64,000 bases of DNA from assembly GCA_030704615.1 (NCBI GenBank), contig CM060731.1, positions 51,584,001 to 51,648,000 on the forward strand. Reading direction: 5' to 3'. This document shows, in pieces, positions 37,282 to 50,204 of this stretch; position 1 is the first letter of the stretch, and every line of letters begins with the position of its first letter. The notes beneath the pieces were generated by a model that did no database searches, was not told where the DNA came from, and saw nothing but the letters and a program-made list of their open reading frames with translations. A program made the translations under genes and the position numbers. The DNA is from Takakia lepidozioides. Lineage: Eukaryota; Plantae; Bryophyta.

Positions 37282-38172
37282 CAGTGTTGTGCGGGTTCTG
37301 CCTTTTTAAGGAACCGGCCCGGTCTGGGTGCGGGTTGTTTTTCGGAGCCAAGTCCGGGTCCGGATCCGGGTTTTTGAAATTTGGAAAATCCGGGTCCGGG
37401 TTCGGGTCCGGGTTTGTCAACACGGACTCGGGTTGGGGTCCGGGTAGTTGTTGGGAAATATTAGCGGGTTCACGGGTTCGGATCCGGGTCCTAATTTATT
37501 GATTAATTAAATTAGAAAATTAAGATTAATTAGGGATAAATTCATTTTTGGCTGGGAAAAACTTTAAATCCTAATAATGAATTTTATTTTAAGAGACATT
37601 CCTTCAAAATATACCATGAATATGAATAATAAGAATAAATTAAAGTTTGAGTTCCATTTTCTATTTTTCAATATCAATTCTTTAAACATGTTAAGAATAG
37701 TAATATGCCTCAAGGGTAGATCACTATGTGTGGGATCTGGCAGAATAATAATATATGACGTCTCCTTTGGGAGGTGTAAATTATGGTCCCAGAGGGCACA
37801 ACTTTGTGACACCGCTCCGGGGATTGAACCCACAATCGCTTTTGAGGTGGTATGTGGGCATTACCACTCGGCTACAACGTGGTGGGGCTGGCTGCTGCTG
37901 CCTATTGCTGCTTGTCCCCTCCACACATATGACAAAACCTACCAGATCTAAGGTGGACCCGGTATAAATTTAAGACCCGGACCCTGACCCGCTACAATGG
38001 CCCATGGGTAGCGGGTTTAACGGGTTCTGGACCCAGCAGGCGGGTCCGGTTCCGGGTTCATTTTAGAAATGAATCTGGGTTAGGGTCCGGGTTTTTTATG
38101 ATAGCACGGGTCCGGTGCGGGTCCGGGTAACCTGGATCCTAACCCGCCGGTTCCCGGACCCGCACAACACTG
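37282..38172. mobile_element. Non-autonomous hAT element
   Basis: TIR CAGTGTTGTGCGGGT, 8-bp TSD GTATTGAT/GTATTGAC and dense CCGGGT/ACCCG subterminal repeats. Confidence 0.88.
37810..37882 (-). mobile_element. tRNA-derived (SINE-like) head inside the hAT element
   Basis: Pol III A box TAGCCGAGTGG and B box GGTTCAATCC at tRNA-like spacing; no clean cloverleaf. Confidence 0.6.
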
Positions 38173-39027
38173 GTATTGACCTCCTTTGGGCTTGGGCTCT
38201 ATATCAATCACACATACATATATGACGCCAACCAAAGCTAGCGTTAATAAGAGCCTCTTCCCCCATATCAATCATACAACACTCCGGATGTGTTACAATC
38301 CCACATATGCATCTCGGATTGGAAATTAACAACAACCCACACACCCAACTACAACCCACACCAAGAAGGAGAGAAGACTCCAGCCAAAGCCGGCGTAACT
38401 AAGAGCCACTGACCCACACCAACAAGGAAAGCAACAAGCAAGGAAGGAGTGCGCATTTCTCCGGACAAATTCACACATGCGTGTTTGTGAGTAGAGAGAT
38501 TCAAACTCCAGATCTCCGGGTTACGGATAGGAGTGAGCAACATATATGTGACCGGGAGTGATCTGGGCCACAGGATGAATTTGGATAGATTAGCAGGTGT
38601 TGTGATTGGGTGGATCTCAAAACCTTTGTGTGGAAAACTGGGTTGGCATATTTCAGAGTTGCGAGCGATCATTGATGCAAACCCACATCACGCATCCTCT
38701 CCACGAACATCACCCCACGCTCACACCATCGATTCTTGCAAGAGACCTCCGACAATCCATCCGCCCAAATTGCTCATTCCGATCCCCACCCACACCCCAT
38801 AGAAAGACCACAAGTTGCACAATACAGCAGCTGGTATTACCTGTAATAAGGTAATAACTTACCTTTTTCGAAGATTTTCTGTCGGAGTTAGGTGTGGGAA
38901 CAGCTTCGGCTTAGGTTGGAACATTTAAGCCCTTGTCTTCTTTGCTGCTCTCTCAGAGTTGTAGCGGCAGAATGTGTGAGAAGGTGGCCAAAGAGAGGAT
39001 TGGGGAGGCAGGAGGAGGGAGACTAAG

Positions 39028-41952
39028 ATGCCAGGAGCTCAAGTTCCCATCACCATCGAGCAGCTGGTTGCTCTGAACCCCTACAGTCCTGATATTCTAC
39101 CAGATTTGGAGGCCTATGTTGACGAGCAGGTATCTTTCGTTCCAACATGTCGCTCAGTGTAGTGAGGGGGATTAGCGTGAATGTAACGAAGGCTGATTGA
39201 GATGAGAGATAGGTTACCTGGACTGCCTTTCAGCCATTGATTGGTCCAATGTGTGGCCGTGGGGCTGTTCGTGATGTTCCTTGCAGGTTGCCTCACAGAC
39301 CTACAGTTTGGATGCCAACCTTTGTCTCCTACGCCTTTATCAGGTTAGTCCCTACCTAGGGAATGTGCCCCTTATGTTTGTATCCTTGTTTCTGTGTTGT
39401 AGTGTGTCCGAGACTTGCTTGACTTAGATTGGCGGGGAGAGGCAATGGAAGGTCGTTTAAGTGGACGATTCATAAATCTTTGAGGGTATGAGAGAGGTGA
39501 ACAGGATGTTCTTTCTTGATACTATTTACCAGAATACTATGAAGTAACGACTGTATCATGCGGGATGGGATGGGGTACAGTTTCAACCAGCTCGATTAAA
39601 TGTGCATGTGGTTGCCAGGATCCTTGTAAAGGTCAGATACATGCCCCAAAAGTTGCATATGGACTTAACCACTAATTCTGATGTTATTTTGTTGGTGGTC
39701 ATATTACCCTCGGCTCGAATCAAACTCTGTTTCTTTTAGTGGAGGTGTAGATTAGAATGTTGCTCCCTATGAAATTATTGGTTTGCAGCTTGTTTCGTAG
39801 TTAGCATTTTTGAGTTTGTGGAAGTTGGCTTTTGAAACTATCAGCCACTGCTTGGTGCTCTTGAGATTTTCCCTTCAGTCCCTGAAAGTAAAGCCGAAGT
39901 GTCTATTGGAGAATAGAGAGAAAATGATTAGCAATGGCAGGCTTTGATGGCGCTACCAGCCACAGATTTCAATTTGTGCATGTTTCTCATCCCAGAGCGA
40001 CTTGTATCCTCTTTAAAAAACAATTAGTTGGGTATGTGTTAGATGCCACCCTTTGGGGATTGCTGATCTTCAATCTCAATTTATTTCTCCTCTTCATTAT
40101 GTGATATACTATCTCCTATGTTTTGTTTGGATGATTTGTCCATCACAAAAGATTTCCTTTACTGCTAGTTATCCAGCAAATGGAGGAGCCTTTTCTGACA
40201 CTTGCCACTCTGGCCCACTTCTTGGAGGTAATTTTTTTTCTTGGATTTCAAAATCACTGTCAGACGTGGAAATTACAGGCATTTTGACTACAACTAGTAA
40301 TGAAGTTTTCACATGTATCTGAGCTTTATGGGTGCTGCATATAGTCATTTTTGTAAAATCAATAGTTGCATCATATAACTGTGGTTAAGTGATGAGCTAC
40401 AAAAGTCGGTCTCTACACACAAATTATGTTGGCTAGTAATTTCTGACTCATACCTCGTCTATTAATATCCTGAAGGGCATCTTACCTCAAGCTGCCTCCT
40501 ATTTCAATTAATTCTGGAGTGCTTCCATATTCTCTCCACATTAACTGCAAGACGCGTGGTGGTGATTCATTTCGTAGCATGGATGGTTTTCTGTAGACTG
40601 CTCGGTTCCGGGAATTTTGGGACGAGGCCAACAGAAATCTGGACATTTTGGAGGTGGTTCCAGGTGAGAAATCCAGTCGTATGCAGTCAGATTATGGTTT
40701 GCCGAAACGATGATGTAAGCTTCCATGAAGAAAGGGCCTCCCTGTCATATTGGTATTCAAGAATCTGCTTCTTTCCCTGAGGTTTTGACCTGCTGACTAT
40801 GCTTTCATCTTGGAAAGCTCTTATGTGCCTTGGATGTGGGTATCTTTTCTTTTCTTTAGTTACCTCTCATATGTGAGTCCGGAGTTACCTAAGCTCTGTT
40901 TGACCTTTTTCTTCTCTAGAAGAAATCGAAATCTTGTGTGTAATCTCTGTTTTTCCTCCCGAAACATCATGATGAGAGGCAGTGAGTGACTATGCTACAA
41001 ATGAACAGCAGAGGGCATTCAACTATCTCCTAACTCGCTGACAAGAGCCATGTGATGACCGTCCAGGGGTATTCCCGTATTGAAACTCTCCCCGACTTGT
41101 CTTGTGCTACAGATTTTAGTGGGCATGGTGCTGACTTCTGATTGATGTGGTTGCCAACAGGGCCTACTCGCAGGCTTTGAACAAGCAATTCAAGGCCATA
41201 GCAGCCATGGGCTCTCCATTACTTACCAGCGCCTTCCTCGCGCTATCCTTGCAGAGGTGAGTCCTTTCCAGCTTAAGTAGCGTCCTTTACATATCTGACC
41301 TTACCTACAGGTGTCAAACATGGCTTGCTCATTGTGTGTATAATGAAGATCAAATGGAGAGTGCAGTGGTCAATGCAGTGTTACTCTCGACTAGTGGTGT
41401 TTGGTGTAGGCTATGGTACATAGCCGGCTTTGCTGAGTACAAGACTTCAAAGTTTCTAGAAGATAGTCATGGTATAAGTGATGGCAAGAGTGGAGGCCTA
41501 ATTTTTCAATAGGGCACTAGTACTTCATAATGGTCCTGGCCAACTCCATTCTTGTCCCAGAAGCCTGTAAGGCTGGTCTTATCTGTATTTGATAAAGTGC
41601 TCCTTGTGTTCCATGCAGGCAATCAATGTTGAAGGGCTGTCGCTGGACAAGTTTCTAGAACACCAAGTCAAGCACAATGGGTGGGCCCTTGAGAAGGGAG
41701 GTCAGGTAATTATGACCGACCCGCTTATGGTTGGTTGTTTAGCACACCAATTGTGCGAGAGCTCTCTTCAGGGTCATGTGGAATGTGGTTGATATACACT
41801 TGCCGACATGTATCTCATTACACGTTTTCTGGTGGAGTTGACAGTTGGTGGTATTGCCCCCGAATGAGGACAATCATCCGGTGCTGAGGAAGAATACAGC
41901 TGACAGCATCCCCCTGGAGCATGTGGCAAAACTGTTCCCTGTGTTAGCTTAA
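39028..41952 (+). CDS. eIF3k: Eukaryotic translation initiation factor 3 subunit K (9 exons)
   Basis: GT-AG exons read MPGAQVPITIEQLVALNPYSPDILPDLEAYVDEQ/VASQTYSLDANLCLLRLYQ/FQPARLNVHVVARILVK/ALMALPATDFNLCMFLIPERL/QMEEPF..LE/TARFREFWDEA..VP/GFEQAIQ..AE/AINVEGLSLDKFLE..GGQ/LVVLPPNEDNHP..LEHVAKLFPVLA*. Confidence 0.93.
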
Positions 41953-43576
41953 GATTTTTTTTTCTACACATTTTTAAAGCTTGGAGGATATCCCATAGTG
42001 AGAGAACACAAGAAAAGATACCCTATTCATTTGCAGTGAGTAGTTATAGCACAATTCGGATTTTTCTTTTTATATGAACGTAGCAGTGAATGGGAAGTTC
42101 TGTGATCCCTTGTTCTGGGGACATCAAATTTGCTTTGAATTTGCTATGTCACCAGATGGCAAATTTAGTCACCTTTGGATTACGGGGTTTGCTAGAAGTT
42201 TTTCAGCTTATGTGTATCATGGTGGTGCAATTGATTTGGCCAGAAAGGTTCACACTCACTAGTTCTGGCGATTGGAGTGGATACAACATACGCCTTCATG
42301 ATACCTACTGCAAAAGCGTCACCCATGATGTGTAACTTTTTAAGCATGAGAGCATTTGGGTTGTGCAAGGACAAGTTGAATTTTCGATAATGCCGTCTTT
42401 ACAATATTTCTCGCATCAGACTTCCACCCATCACTCTGGAATGAAGGGTTGGCAACGTGGCACTAAGCTGTATTGCTATACATGGTCTTGAAGAGAAGTG
42501 ATTCTTATAAGAAGTATATGGAATGGCAATTCTTCGGAGGACGTTGCATATGTTGTGTTTGTGGGGCGCAACAAACTGCAGAAAGAATAGACAACAAGAG
42601 TCACAGTTTCTTGAATACCCACATGTTTTCATCTCAGGAAACTTTCTCTGGGGGGTTTTCGTGGAGAAATTTGGACACTAACATTCGAATCGGTCACAAT
42701 GTGGGGCTGATGGAAATGCTTGCGAGTACCTACCTCCGCCCCCTTCTTGGCAGCCGCTTCCAAGCCTTCAAGAAGTTCCCTCACTGGTATGTGACTAAAT
42801 TCCCCTTCAACCTTGGATTTGCCAAAGAAAGCGAAAAATGCGAGGGTAACAAAGGAAGCCTGCTACGCGAGCAGAGAGAGAAGCCCTGGCTAGAATGCCA
42901 TGGAGCGCTACATAGCAGCAGAGAGGACACGGTCCAGCCAGCTGAAGCAGCCATCGCCTTCAAACTCTGAGATCCACAACAGCGAGGTTCCAATTTGGGT
43001 TTGTTAAGTCAGATTCTTAGGCCTTGGAGGAGCAAGATGGGTGATGACAGGATTGGCTTTTACTGGCACAAGATGCTTGGTATCATCCCAACCTTCACAA
43101 TGTGGGTGTATAGGACTACTCCATACTGAGGATACAAATTGAGAGATTCCACACTGTAGCCCACATGTAAATACTTCACATCACCACTGTTGATGATCTG
43201 TGAAAATTTAGAAATGGACAGTCAAGGGGGAAAAGTGAGAGAGGGAGAGCCTGCACTTGTTTTCACTCCATAACTCAACCCTAGATTGTGACCAACCTGA
43301 TTTGTGTGCATACGCCTATCTTTTGCACTATGTAGGTGGTGATGGCTGCAGTAGACAAGCCACGTGACATTGACTACAAAGGGAAGACAGACCTTGTTAC
43401 AGAGTAATTTTCCCCCGGAATCTATCCTTCCTGACTTCTGTTTTTTTCGAAACCATTTTGACGAGGATATTAATGTATGCATTTTTAGCTTGTAGGTCAT
43501 CAATCTTACCCTGTCAACCACCTACTCTTTCAGCTATGTACTATTGCAGGAGATCTTTCAGGAAGGGATTGCCATT

Positions 43577-44683
43577 TAGGGAATTCCAAAAAGGCCTTGA
43601 TGTGAAATGCATCGCAATTCACTTGATCACCCCCTAAAAGTGCGCAATTCAATTGAACTAACCCTAATTTGCAATTCAATTGAATTGCTGACTACAATTC
43701 AATTGAATTGTAATCTATAATCTTTAACTTATTTTTGTATATAATATATAATATATATGTACATGTATATATTCAAATTATATTTATACACATATAAGAG
43801 AATAAGCTAAAAATACATGTTGCCCGTCTATTCTTGCTGGCCCTCTTTCTTGTGCCCTTCAGGAAATTGTGGAGTTGTGAAACCACCCTCAGCCTCAGCG
43901 AGAAAGGGAGAGCCGGAGACAGATCAGCAGCTTCCTGTGATTCATTGAAACATGGCTGGCTCTGAAAAAAACAGACAAACTCAAACCTGACAATTGATGA
44001 AAGGCTTCCCCTGTATTTCCGTAACACTAGTATCTGGCCCAGGACAAAGAAAACAAAAAATATGTTCATCTTGAGAATTATCAAAAATTTGGATACCCTT
44101 ACAAAGGTATCATGTTGAAGTTGGGATGTGTGTTCTATATAAGTTTAATATATCAAACTCTTACACGTTGATACTCTTACATTGGTATCATGTTTGGTAT
44201 ATGTACATAGCCATATATTGGCACCAACATACACAAAGAGAGACAATCCCGCTTTTACAAGGGCTTCGTGACTTCCCCTCTCTCTCTCTCTCCCTCTCTC
44301 GCTCTCCCTTAGGCCTATCTTGGGCTCAAGCCTTACCACGGGCAAAGGATTGACAGACGGACAGCAAGAATAGACAGGCAACATGTATTTTTAGCTTATA
44401 CCTGTGTATGTATATATGTATAATTTAAATATATATATATATATTATATACAGAAATAAGTTAAAAATTATAGATTACAATTCAATTGAATTGTAGTCAG
44501 CAATTCAATTGAATTGCCAATTCGCAATTCAATTGAATCGTGTGTGTCGACAATTCAATTGAATTGCAAATTAGGGTTAGTTCAATTGAATTGCCCTTGC
44601 AATTCAATTGAATTGCGCACTTTTAGGGGGTGATCAAGTGAATTGCGATGCATTTCACATCAAGGCCTTTTTGGAATTCCCTA
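43577..44683. mobile_element. Foldback-type element with long TIRs in an IMPL1 intron
   Basis: Inverted arms ~43577-43839 and ~44362-44683 contain CAATTCAATTGAATTG palindromes. Termini are TAGGGAATTCC, with flanks TGCCATT/TGTCATT. Confidence 0.85.
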
Positions 44684-45223
44684 TGTCATTCTATTGTTTT
44701 GTCTGAAGGATTGCACTTACCTTATTTTGCTTGAGTCACAATGCTTTTGGTATAGTGGAGGGGTATTATCTTGTTGTGTTAATCTTGATGCTAAATTGGT
44801 AGTTTTTTGGAACTTGGCCATCTACTATCCACCTGGCTTAGAAACAAGTGAGGGTACAGGGGAGCATAACTGTGTGGACTTGCTGTTTACAGCACAGGTC
44901 TTGCAATTTTGGAGATTGTGAGGGAGAGGTTTCCTGGGCATCTCATATTAGGAGAGGAAGGTGGCGTCAGTGGGGATCCAAGATCTGAGTATCTTTGGTG
45001 CATAGACCCTCTAGGTACTCTTCTAAGCTGTAACACGTATTATTATTATTGAAGAGTTTAAACAGGGGGGGGGGTGGACTCTCCCTTTCCTCTCTGCTTC
45101 TGTTTGCTGTTCAAAGGTAGGCTTTCCGCCCTGAGTTTAAATTTCAGTCTAGGGCTTTAGTAAGAGAGAGAAATCAAGAAAGGAACTTAAGATATAGGAT
45201 GTAATCGTAGAGTACTCATAACT

Positions 45224-45269
<46 letters not shown>

Positions 45270-46082
45270 TACTCGTACGGTACTCATAAGACGTTGGGTG
45301 CCATAGCCTTGTGCCATACACCCAAAGAGAGAAAGAGAGTGAAGAGAGGGAGGGAGATCAGGCATGGGATTTTGTGGATATATTGGTTCCCTGATCCCTG
45401 GCTTTTTGTCTGGTATCTCTTCCAATTCCTGGAACCTCTTTGGTCCACCTCTCCTCATCTCACTACCACCACTTGGATCTTAGTCATGTTGGTATCCTTG
45501 GTCTGGCCTTCTATGTCTGCTCTATTTTGGGTCCTGCACCCTAGACTCAATTTGGACTCCAGGTTTCCTTCCTGAATTAGCATGTAGTCTCGGCTTTGGA
45601 CACAAGCCTGCTAGAATCATAGCCTGGATAGGCCTGTTCGTAAAATGCCTTCGTTTATGTTGATCCCCATTGTGTTGATTCTTAGTTGTCAAATACTTAA
45701 TGGACCTCATTCAAGGTTTTGCTGCTAGTGCAGATGGAACAACAAATTTTGCTCATGGGTACCCAAGCTTTGCAGTCTCTATAGCTGTGCTTCATCGAGG
45801 GAGGCCTGCTGTAGCCACTGTGGTAAGTTCTTCTAATTTTTGCAAACTTCTTGTTCTGGATCTGCTGTGCTATCGCTGATGCCTATGGTTACAATTCCTC
45901 CTGAAGCTTTTTAATGTCTAATTCCTTACCTCCATGGGTTTTATGGTGCTGTGACTAGCAGACATATAGTGCCTGTTGAGTAAAGGAGGGTTAGTTGCTG
46001 GTCGCTGGTGTTTTGGACAAAACAGAGAATGTACTCATAACATGTTGACAAGAGAGAGAGAGGGAGGGAGGGAGAGAGAGAG

Positions 46083-47182
46083 ATTGTACTCATAAGATGT
46101 TGTTTGCCGTAGCCTTGTGGCCATTGACCCTGCGCCCAGTTTGAGGGAACAAAAGGGACAGAACCTACCTCTGTCAGGGGCTGACGTTGGTAGTAAGACT
46201 TACTCCATATATAGAATTAATCTGGGTTTTCCAGTATCCTCTAGAAATCCCTTCACAAGCATCAATCTGCTGTGTGTGATTTGCCCAAAACTAGGCCTCA
46301 GGAGGGCCTGGGCTTTTGGCTCAGCCTCGAGACTTTCAAAGTTGGTAAACAGGGGTACAGGCACAATTCCCTTAATAGATTTGAAGAGAGCGTCTCTTTG
46401 GTAAGAGAACCCCGGACAGTGTATCAGAAAATGAATACTGTCTTCAGATTGCCCACACAATGGGCAATTGCACTCTCCCTTTCCTCTCTGCTTCTGTTTG
46501 CTGTTCAAAGGTAGGCTTCCTGCCCTGAGTTTAAATTTCAGTCTAGTGCCGAGAGTGGGTAGACCCTTGAGGTCATCCAAGATGTCCTCCCCCATGTCAC
46601 AGACTGGAAACAAGTTCAGGGAAGTTTTCTGCCTAACTTCATTTTCATCAGACAATCTCATGGCAACAGACATGGCTGAGGACACTACAGCCTCTAAGTC
46701 AGATTTATCCAGCAGGGTCAAGACTTGCGGATCCAGGTCCAGGTCCTTGAGGATCTCTTCTACTCTCTTCTGCCAGGACTTAGCCTGTTTGACAGGGCGG
46801 TCCTGTTTCCAAGATATATAGAGTCGATTAACTTAGGATATCTGGTGTTGGCATATGTTGCAGCTGACCCCACCATCTGACCTTGAATTCATCTCGTCGG
46901 GAGCTTAAGGACGGAATGCCAAACTCACCCGAACAGCCACATTGGCTGTTTTGGAGCATGCTGACATACACTCCTTAAGCACCCCCACTTGAATGGATTC
47001 TAGACTTAGCCTGGTTGGAGTTATCAACCATATAGCAGATCCGTACTCCAAGGCAGGTCTAATAACGCGACAAAGCATGGTTTTCTTAACCTCAGAGTTG
47101 ACCCCTCTGCCAGTGGAAAAATTTTAGTGAGCCCCAGAGCTTTGCCCTTGCCAGTTTGAACAACTTTCCGGATATGTGCATC
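46083..47182 (-). mobile_element. 5'-truncated LINE (post-RT region, CCHC finger, 3' UTR)
   Basis: WDAHIRKV, IRPALEYGSAIW, LRAGSLPLN, CPLCGQSEDSIHFLIHC; both ends abut (GA)n tracts. Confidence 0.8.
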
Positions 47183-47183
47183 C

Positions 47184-47215
<32 letters not shown>

Positions 47216-49649
47216 TTATAACGTCCACACGGAGAGGAGCTAATGCAGTCGTCATGGTTGGCAAGAACACAGGGGGTCCCTTTGCATGGGTAACGCGAAC
47301 ATTCACAGCATCTGCAGGCAACTGCCACTAGTTCCCCACTAGTCAGCCCTCTTCTTCTGCCTTCCTCTTCATGCTCTGCTGCCAGGACTCACTGTTGTCA
47401 TCAATATGTAACTCTCAAGTAGGGTTTTGAGTCCTCCTCTTTTCACACTGGTGTGCGATGTACTCGTCAGGCTCTCTTGATGTATTGTGAGTGAAGTACA
47501 GTGTAGGTAGAAGAAGTGTCCATTGGCAGGGGGGGGAGCATTTTGCAATGGTCAGCGAATTCATGTCAGTAGCACTGACCAGGTACCTTTCCTCAGGGAA
47601 ATTGAGACTAAAAACTTAAAAAGTATTTACTAACTTCTATTGGATTAGAATCTCCTCAATTTGTTCCCACTCTTACTGTTAATGAGTGAAAGTTTTTCCT
47701 GGAATGATGGGTTTTTCTATAGGTGGAGAGATCACTGCTAGTGACGGGGTTTGGATATGAACACGATGAGGCCTGGGCTACCAACAAGGAATTCACTGAT
47801 ATCAGCCGGGTAAGTGACTCTTCCATTTGTATCTTTGTGGTTTGTGTGTCTGTGTGAGAGGGGAAAGGTAGGGGGCCAGGTTTAAACTTCTTAGATAAGT
47901 TCCTCAGCAGGTAGAAAGCCTGTACATGTGCTACCTACATTAATACTGTGCCCAATTAATAAAGCCTCAAGGATGGGAGCTAAAATTCAGCCTCATAATA
48001 TCCATGTGTCTCTCCAAAAGGTTCCATCTTGTGGAATGCTCTGCTTGTAAGACAGCAAAATGAATGAACTCACTAAATGTGAATGGGCAGGGAGTAAGGC
48101 GTCTGGGAGCTGCAGCAGTAGACATGTGTCATGTGGCTCTTGGAGTGGTGGAGGCCTACTGGGAGTATCGCCTTAAACCTTGGGATATGGCATGTCAGGT
48201 GTCTTGCTCTCTGTGATTGCGTGTACTGAAAGTGTGGTCCTGCATGTGAAGATTGTGGAGGAGGCAGGAGGAAAGGTGACTCGGATGGACGGTGGTGATT
48301 TCAGTGTGTCTGATAGATCAGTTCTTGTCAGCAATGGGATTCTACATGATAAGGCAAGTTTCCAATGCTTCATGCTATCATGGCGTCATCATGTGTATGT
48401 GAGAGAGAAAGATTGACTGTGTCTGGGCAGCCTTTTATGTCATATATAAATGTCAAGTGCTTGCCAGCCGGCATTGAGTATCGTCAGGTTTTCTTGGGAC
48501 TAAGCATTTTCCTTCTTGTTTGATGCAGATTCTTGAAAAGGTTAGTCCACCTACTCAGAAGTTAATAGCAGATGGCTTCAATTTCTCCCAATGGTTGAAG
48601 CCCTCTGGTTATGTCTCTGATGTCTAGGCAGAATCTTCCTCTCTGATCCTTCAGGTTTTGACACCGGTAAGCCCCATTATTACATTGTCATTCAATGAGA
48701 GTCCTCATTTAAGTCTCGGAACTACATCCAGTTTGCAACCTGTAGCAGCTTGAAACCCGCTTTGTTGGTCCCAACCACACTGACTCATCTCTCTCTCTCT
48801 CTCCTGCTCTTGCCTCTACGCCATTTCTTCCAGTCCATGCTCAACAGCTGTGGGTCTTTCTAACCATCTTCCACCTCTTGTTTGTCCCTCTCCCCTGTAG
48901 AAATGTCTGGCAGCATATCTACATGAGGCTGTACTACACCATGCAGAATCTCTTGATGTTGAACCTTGAATGATGTATTTTTGCTGCTCAATGAGGGCCC
49001 CAATCTCCTACTTGTATCATACTTTCTTCTGTCTCACAAGTTCTTTGAGTTTCCTTTGGACGTCACAAAGTTCCTCACCTTACCTTTCCTGTCTAAAGCT
49101 TGCATCATGAACTCCCGTATTTGTACTGTCAAATTGACAGATTCAATGGCTCCTGTTGCAAGGGCCTAGACAAGAAAGTTTTCTTATATCACAATGAGAA
49201 GACTCCAAAATATGGATGTATTATTTCGCATTTCGATAGTTTTCTGGGGATTTTGCAGCAGCTATTGAGATTTTGCATCTCATAATTTTGAAGTATCAAA
49301 TTTTGACGCCAGAGTTCTGAAATGTGGTCCGAGCAGGAATAGGATGAGTTGACGATTAAAAGAACTTCAAATTAAATTAAAAAAATCAGAGGACATAAGG
49401 ATTCCCGCAATGCACAATGTCTCTAGTGTCGACAACTCCCCTGCAGAAGGGGTCCCAACGATCTCACTGTTGCTTTTCAATGTTGATACTTGATTGTGAT
49501 CATCCATATACAGGCAGCTACATGAAATTAATGGAAATGATTTCATCTCAGTGACGGTTTGTGGAGAGACATTTCACATTGTACGCCATGCTTCCAATGG
49601 TCTCGGAGGCATTCGGATAGAAACCAATTGCTAAGTGAAAAAAAAATTC

Positions 49650-50096
49650 TCCTAAGAGTGTTTGCCGTCATAGACCCCGCGCCCAATTCGGGCGGAACGA
49701 AAGGGACCAGAAACTATCTTCGTGAGGGGCTCACACCGGTAGTATTACCTTGATACAAACCATTAGTTCGGGCTTTCCAGATATCCTCTAGGAAGCACTT
49801 CACACAAGCATCAATCTGCTGTGTGTGAGCAGCCCAAAAGTGAGACTCCAACAGGGCCAGGGCTGTAGACAGCCTCAACATTTTGAAAGTTGGTGACCAG
49901 AGGTGTCGACACAATGTTCTTGATTGAAGAGGGTCACTCGCTGGTGAGAATATCGCAGACAACCTATCCAAAAATGGATATAGTCTTCAGGTTGCCCGCA
50001 CATTGGGCAATTACAATCTCCTTTTCCTCCCTGCATCTGTTTATCGTTTAAAGGTAGGCTTCCCGCCCCGAGTTTAACTTTCAGTCTAGTGCCAAA
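49650..50096 (-). mobile_element. Diverged LINE 3' fragment related to 46083-47182
   Basis: Shares the AAAGGTAGGCTTCC..TTTCAGTCTAGTGCC and CAAGCATCAATCTGCTGTGTG blocks with the other copies. Confidence 0.75.
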
Positions 50097-50112
50097 GAGT
50101 TAAGTGAAAAGA

Positions 50113-50154
50113 ATGTACTCGTAAGACGTTGTTTGCCGTAGCCTTGTGGCCATT
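50113..50154 (-). mobile_element. 42-bp extreme 3' end of the LINE with a 16-bp TSD
   Basis: ATGTACTCGTAAGACGTTG...GGCCATT flanked by GAGTTAAGTGAAAAGA / GAGTTGAGTGAAAAGA. Confidence 0.75.
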
Positions 50155-50204
50155 GAGTTGAGTGAAAAGAGAAGATTCAATAGACAAAGCAACGGCGGTG
50201 CCAG

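Larger units (their letters stand above)
43336..48627 (+). pseudogene. IMPL1: Inositol monophosphatase-like 1 (chloroplast IMPL1), probably non-functional
   Basis: Exons read [106 protein letters not shown] and ..KPSGYVSDV*. There are small deletions, a frameshift after WDMA and one largely missing exon. Confidence 0.85.

Noticed and set aside
37810-37882. Functional tRNA gene
   Set aside because: A and B boxes are present but there is no convincing acceptor or anticodon stem.
41705-41790. 3'-truncated eIF3k
   Set aside because: The final exon is present at 41845-41952, so the gene is complete.
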